A stretch of 64,000 nucleotides of DNA from Tubiluchus corallicola (taxonomy: Eukaryota > Animalia > Priapulida): positions 248,001 to 312,000 of the forward strand of contig JAQGDQ010000093.1 in the NCBI GenBank assembly GCA_030141605.1. Reading direction: 5' to 3'. Position numbers and translations under genes: made by a program. The notes beneath the pieces are model-generated. The model saw only the letters and a list, made by a program, of their open reading frames with translations, made no database searches and was not told the origin of the DNA. Within the stretch, counting starts at the first letter, position 1. Each line of letters starts with the position of its first letter. This document shows, piece after piece, positions 61,101 to 64,000 of this stretch.

Positions 61101-63687
61101 AACTGTAAAACCTACTTTTGAAAGCAATTTGAAAAGTTCTACTATTCTTCTTAATGCACCACAAACAGTTTTTTCGTCGATGTTAGCTCTTTATAATACA
61201 GAGCAAAAACAGAATTAAATTGAAATTATTATTGCCTAGGTCTGGGTTGCTACAGCATCACTCCTCTTAGTCTCTCTTTTTCTTCAAATGTGTGGCTTGC
61301 AAGTCAAAACCGTCCACAAGTCGGCTTAGTTAAAACTACGTTACGATGCTTCAAAGTAGAATGCACCAAGAATTTAGTCAAATGTCAATTTTTTGTCTTT
61401 CTTATAAAAACAATTGCTAAATATATTGGCCTTTATTATTCTAGCATCAAATTATCAAGAAAATGTTTAAAAAATACTAAAAATCTGATTTTATGACCCC
61501 ATACTCACTTTTCTGGCTAGAAACCGCAATTGGAAAAAACTCCTATTTTTAAACTCTGATACATATGTTGGACATTTATATTCTAGCATCAAGTTATCAA
61601 GAAAATGTTCAAAAAACTCCGATAGTAGCTCGTGGAAGCTTTCATTTTGCTTGGGTTTTTTTTGTTGCCAATAGCAGATCTTTGTCAGGAAGAGCGATCT
61701 ACTGGATTTAAACATAAGTTCAAGGTGCTCTTGTAAAGTCCATAGCAACCAACATTTGCGTGGTTGCTAAGTGTTTTGTAGAAACGTGACAAAAACAATG
61801 GCTAACTTTAACAGTAATTTTCTCAAGGTTATGTTTTTCACTGCATAGCCTGCACTTCAACTTCAACCTGGATTATCTCAGCTTAGAAATAACATAGAGT
61901 GATGAACTTGGTATTAAAATGATCCTCATGAAATGGAATTTAAGGATGTGGATAACTAGAAGAACTTAATTGCTGACTTATGAACGATTTTGCTATGCAA
62001 GCACATTGTCAAAATCACATTTGAAGTTGTTATTGAGTCACTTTGATATGCTTGAGTTTGAACGCACACAGAAAACTGTGGATAAGAACCAAACAGCTAC
62101 AATAAATCTTTGCATTTCACACAATGGAAAAGTATTTATTTTACTACAGAAACATGAGTAGAAAAACTGCTGCATTGAACATTTAGGAAAACTAGAATCC
62201 AAACCAGTCAGTAAAACCTGTTTCACAGCCAAAATTCATTTGTCGAACTTATATTATGCAACTTGCACAGGCTTCACAATAACCATTAATTTAAAATAGG
62301 GGAGGACCAGTATGTATGCAGTCACTGGACCATACAATTACACTGAAGGAAGTTATAGTAGAATTTAACAAGATTAGCACCTAGATGGCAGCACCTTAAT
62401 ACAATGTACAAATATCAGCTTCCACACGTTTTGTGCAGGGTTGCTTTCTTCAGGTTTGCCTTTTCAAATTTCTTGAGAAAAATGCTATTAAAGTTAGCCA
62501 TTGTTTTTTGTTGTGTCTATACAAAACACTTAGCAACCGTATGAAGGTGTGCTTGCTATGGATTTTACAAGAGCATATTGAAAGTACAGTTAAATCCAGC
62601 AGATGGCTCTTCCTGACGCAGATCTTGGCTTGTTAACAGAAAAAACCGGAAGCAAAATGGCTGCTTAAACAAGCTACAATCGGAATTAGAAAATACAAGT
62701 TTTTCACAATTGCAGTGCTAATTTCTAGACAGAAAAGTGGGTAAGGAGTTATAAAATTAGATTTGTAGTATTTTTTGACATTTTCAGAGGAACGAATGAA
62801 ATCCTTCGTTTTTTTCACAAAAAACGTCACTTAACTCAAATAAAAAATTATGGTCCATTTAATCAAAATACACGTAATTTACTTCACCTAACTCAAAAAT
62901 GCAATTTGTATTCTAAAAAAAGTTTCGTGCAACTCAAAAACAGTAATGTCTTCCGGGAAAATGCTGGTGTCTTACAAGTTGCGCCCCCGAATTATTTTCT
63001 CCGGGATTGATCTTTCCTGGAAACTCAATCGGAGACACGAAGATAACTGAATACCTAACGGAGAGTGTGTAAATAACTGAACAATTTGAACTGCAGTACG
63101 TAAGACATTGGTAGCCCCACTGTCATATTGTTTAGCAGTGTTGTGTACGTGTCGTTTTGTAACATAAAAAATCATGTTTCACTACATAATTTATTATTCT
63201 TTACGTAATTGTCATCAAATCTCGCCGTTTGTGTATAAAAGGATTGATTACTGCTTTCTATTTAGCTTGCCATCTGGAGGAGGGCTTTAGAGTTTCTATC
63301 GTGGTCGCCAAACTCAGTTTATTTCCTGTCTGATTGGATTTGAGTTATGCGGAGTTTACTGGAGTTCCTACTAAATATCATTTCAGGAAAAATAGCTTTG
63401 CAGAATTGTTAAAAATGCTTTTCCTTGGCCTCTCAACCACAGTAGAGCATCAACAGTACCATTAGTATCACGTGGAGGTATATTATTTGTTTGTGCTTAC
63501 CTCATTCTAAAAAAACTCGTAACTTCACCCCAAAGTAAACTTATTGAACTTTTGATTTTTTGATGTCCAATTATTATCGTTACCATACCTTGCAAAAGTC
63601 GCACGTTCCACAGTCGACTGTACGGTAGCATGCGGAACACTCGCCGCACGTTCGACTTGACTTCTTCTTCGCACGATCGTTGCTCAT
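46195..63687 (-). CDS. CXXC1: CXXC-type zinc finger protein 1 (CFP1, SET1/COMPASS subunit), probably 5'-partial; exons 63589-63687, 60319-60387, 58994-59176, 58693-58800, 56951-57135, 54235-54442, 53121-53231, 51765-51908, 47869-48021, 46195-46335
   Basis: CXXC domain RTCGECSACYRTVDCGTCDFCK|DMRKFGGPNKIRQKCRLRQC; QCLGPGC...SKYCSDECGIKLA; RIYEILPQRIQQWQ; YESQTSFGSVYKTRIEG; YCKRLRVLCPEHSKEPK; WEKLRRAELDMERVRQ|WLKLDELLEEERNCRIAMANRAGVLGLMLHQT. All junctions GT-AG and in phase. The PHD finger expected upstream is not in the window. Confidence 0.93.
46421..46825. repeat. ~400-bp inverted repeat arm; partner at ~62013-62420
   Basis: Near-identical spurious ORFs 46605-46799 (+) and 62038-62232 (-); flanking sequence also matches. 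Confidence 0.85.
47154..47897 (-). repeat. 51-bp minisatellite (~15 copies) derived from the CXXC1 exon/intron donor junction
   Basis: Unit GGAGTTGGACATGGAGAGAGTG(C/A)CAG-GTAAGA(A/G)TTCAGGTGTGCTGGGT; the first copy is the real exon end (ELDMERVRQ|GTAAGA). Confidence 0.92.
50037..50274 (+). repeat. ~119-bp tandem duplication
   Basis: gccaggttccagtaatgc...gagtatcacatggaat occurs twice, nearly identical. Confidence 0.88.
50328..51318. mobile_element. MITE family B
   Basis: tacagtaggagccgcttaatagactc ... gagtctattaaggggcacctactgta. Confidence 0.82.
51979..52483. mobile_element. Tigger/pogo-like MITE
   Basis: TIR tacagttaacctcggatataag / cttatacccgaggttgactgta, TA-flanked, with internal tcccttata subterminal repeats. 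Confidence 0.82.
53484..54130. mobile_element. MITE family F, degenerate ends
   Basis: Internal sequence matches the 26942 and 36596 copies. Confidence 0.68.
54511..54937 (+). mobile_element. MITE family C
   Basis: Ends gcaaaccaagacatgagtgta; homologous to 1998-2336. Confidence 0.78.
55471..55900 (-). mobile_element. MITE family C, inverted relative to the 54511 copy
   Basis: Internal sequence is the reverse complement of 54511-54937; ends gcaaaccgagacatgagtgta. Confidence 0.78.
56086..56879. mobile_element. Possible non-autonomous piggyBac-like element
   Basis: ttaa(a)CCCTTAACTGATCAAGGGGT ... ACCCCAACTTGGTCGACTAAGGGttaa: CCCT termini next to TTAA, imperfect TIR. Confidence 0.45.
57277..57340 (+). 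mobile_element. Possible degenerate tRNA-derived SINE head
   Basis: A-box-like tgagcgagtgg, anticodon-arm-like tcggattgcaacc and a weak B-box-like gagattgagac; does not fold as a full cloverleaf. Confidence 0.25.
58110..58315 (+). mobile_element. Fragment of a Penelope-like retroelement GIY-YIG endonuclease C-terminus
   Basis: PVAQHFHMPKHSFKDIKICII...RKQRELYWISTLQTDHPFGLNRE matches the recalled PVA.HF...H...RE..WI..L.T..P.GLN pattern of PLE GIY-YIG domains; no RT seen. Confidence 0.7.
60692..61073. mobile_element. hAT-type MITE family D
   Basis: TIR taggggtgagca/ttctcacccccta; TSD acgataag/acaataag. Confidence 0.8.
62013..62420. repeat. Inverted repeat arm, partner of 46421-46825
   Basis: Reverse complement of 46421-46825, e.g. 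ctagatggcagcaccttaatacaatgtac. Confidence 0.85.
62782..63362. mobile_element. MITE family A, one end truncated
   Basis: Ends gagttatgcggagtttactgg; homologous to 9864-10454 and 44804-45400. Confidence 0.72.
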
Positions 63688-64000
63688 CTGCAGAGACCAG
63701 GAAAAACATGACATTAGTCGTTAAGGTTAATGAACATGCAAATTTATCAAAATATTTTTTGGCCCAATAAAAAGCACCAAAACCGACGTAAAAATTGACA
63801 AAGGCTGGACAACTGGGCTTTAGTCAACCGCATGCAAACCAGCGGCTAGGTAACCGTATTTACTCATGATTCAGAATAACAAAGAGGCTGACTGACTAGC
63901 TGAGACACTGGCTGCATAACTGAGTTGCATAATTGCCTTACCCTTGATCGTTTATCAGATTTGCGCTCGTCATACTGGTGCTGCTGCCAGTCACTTTCAC

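Overview
AT-rich, intron-rich animal (invertebrate-like) genomic DNA; not prokaryotic. Five protein-coding genes were reconstructed by hand from GT-AG splice sites. (1) A CKAP2/CKAP2L-like microtubule protein (- strand, 2 coding exons). (2) An 8-exon selenophosphate synthetase (- strand) that the ORF track breaks up. It has an in-frame TGA at the active-site KG-U-GCK motif (20271-20273), a GGG-TGT hexamer and a stop-redefinition hairpin directly after the TGA, and a type II SECIS about 2.15 kb into the 3' UTR (6563-6631). It is therefore the selenoprotein SPS2/SEPHS2, possibly a dual-function pre-duplication form. (3) An OTU+Tudor deubiquitinase of the OTUD4/ALG13/Otu family with an intronless CDS. 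(4) MRPL46 (+ strand, 6 exons). (5) The 3' portion of CXXC1/CFP1 (- strand, 10 exons in the window, 5' end outside). Introns are dense with MITE families (TA-flanked Tc1/mariner-type, hAT with 8-bp TSDs, a piggyBac-like element) and a Penelope-like fragment. Other unusual items: minisatellites built from real splice sites in MRPL46 and CXXC1, a TIR-bounded element carrying a CXXC1 exon/intron fragment, and long inverted repeats inside CXXC1 introns. All family assignments come from recalled motifs, not database searches.
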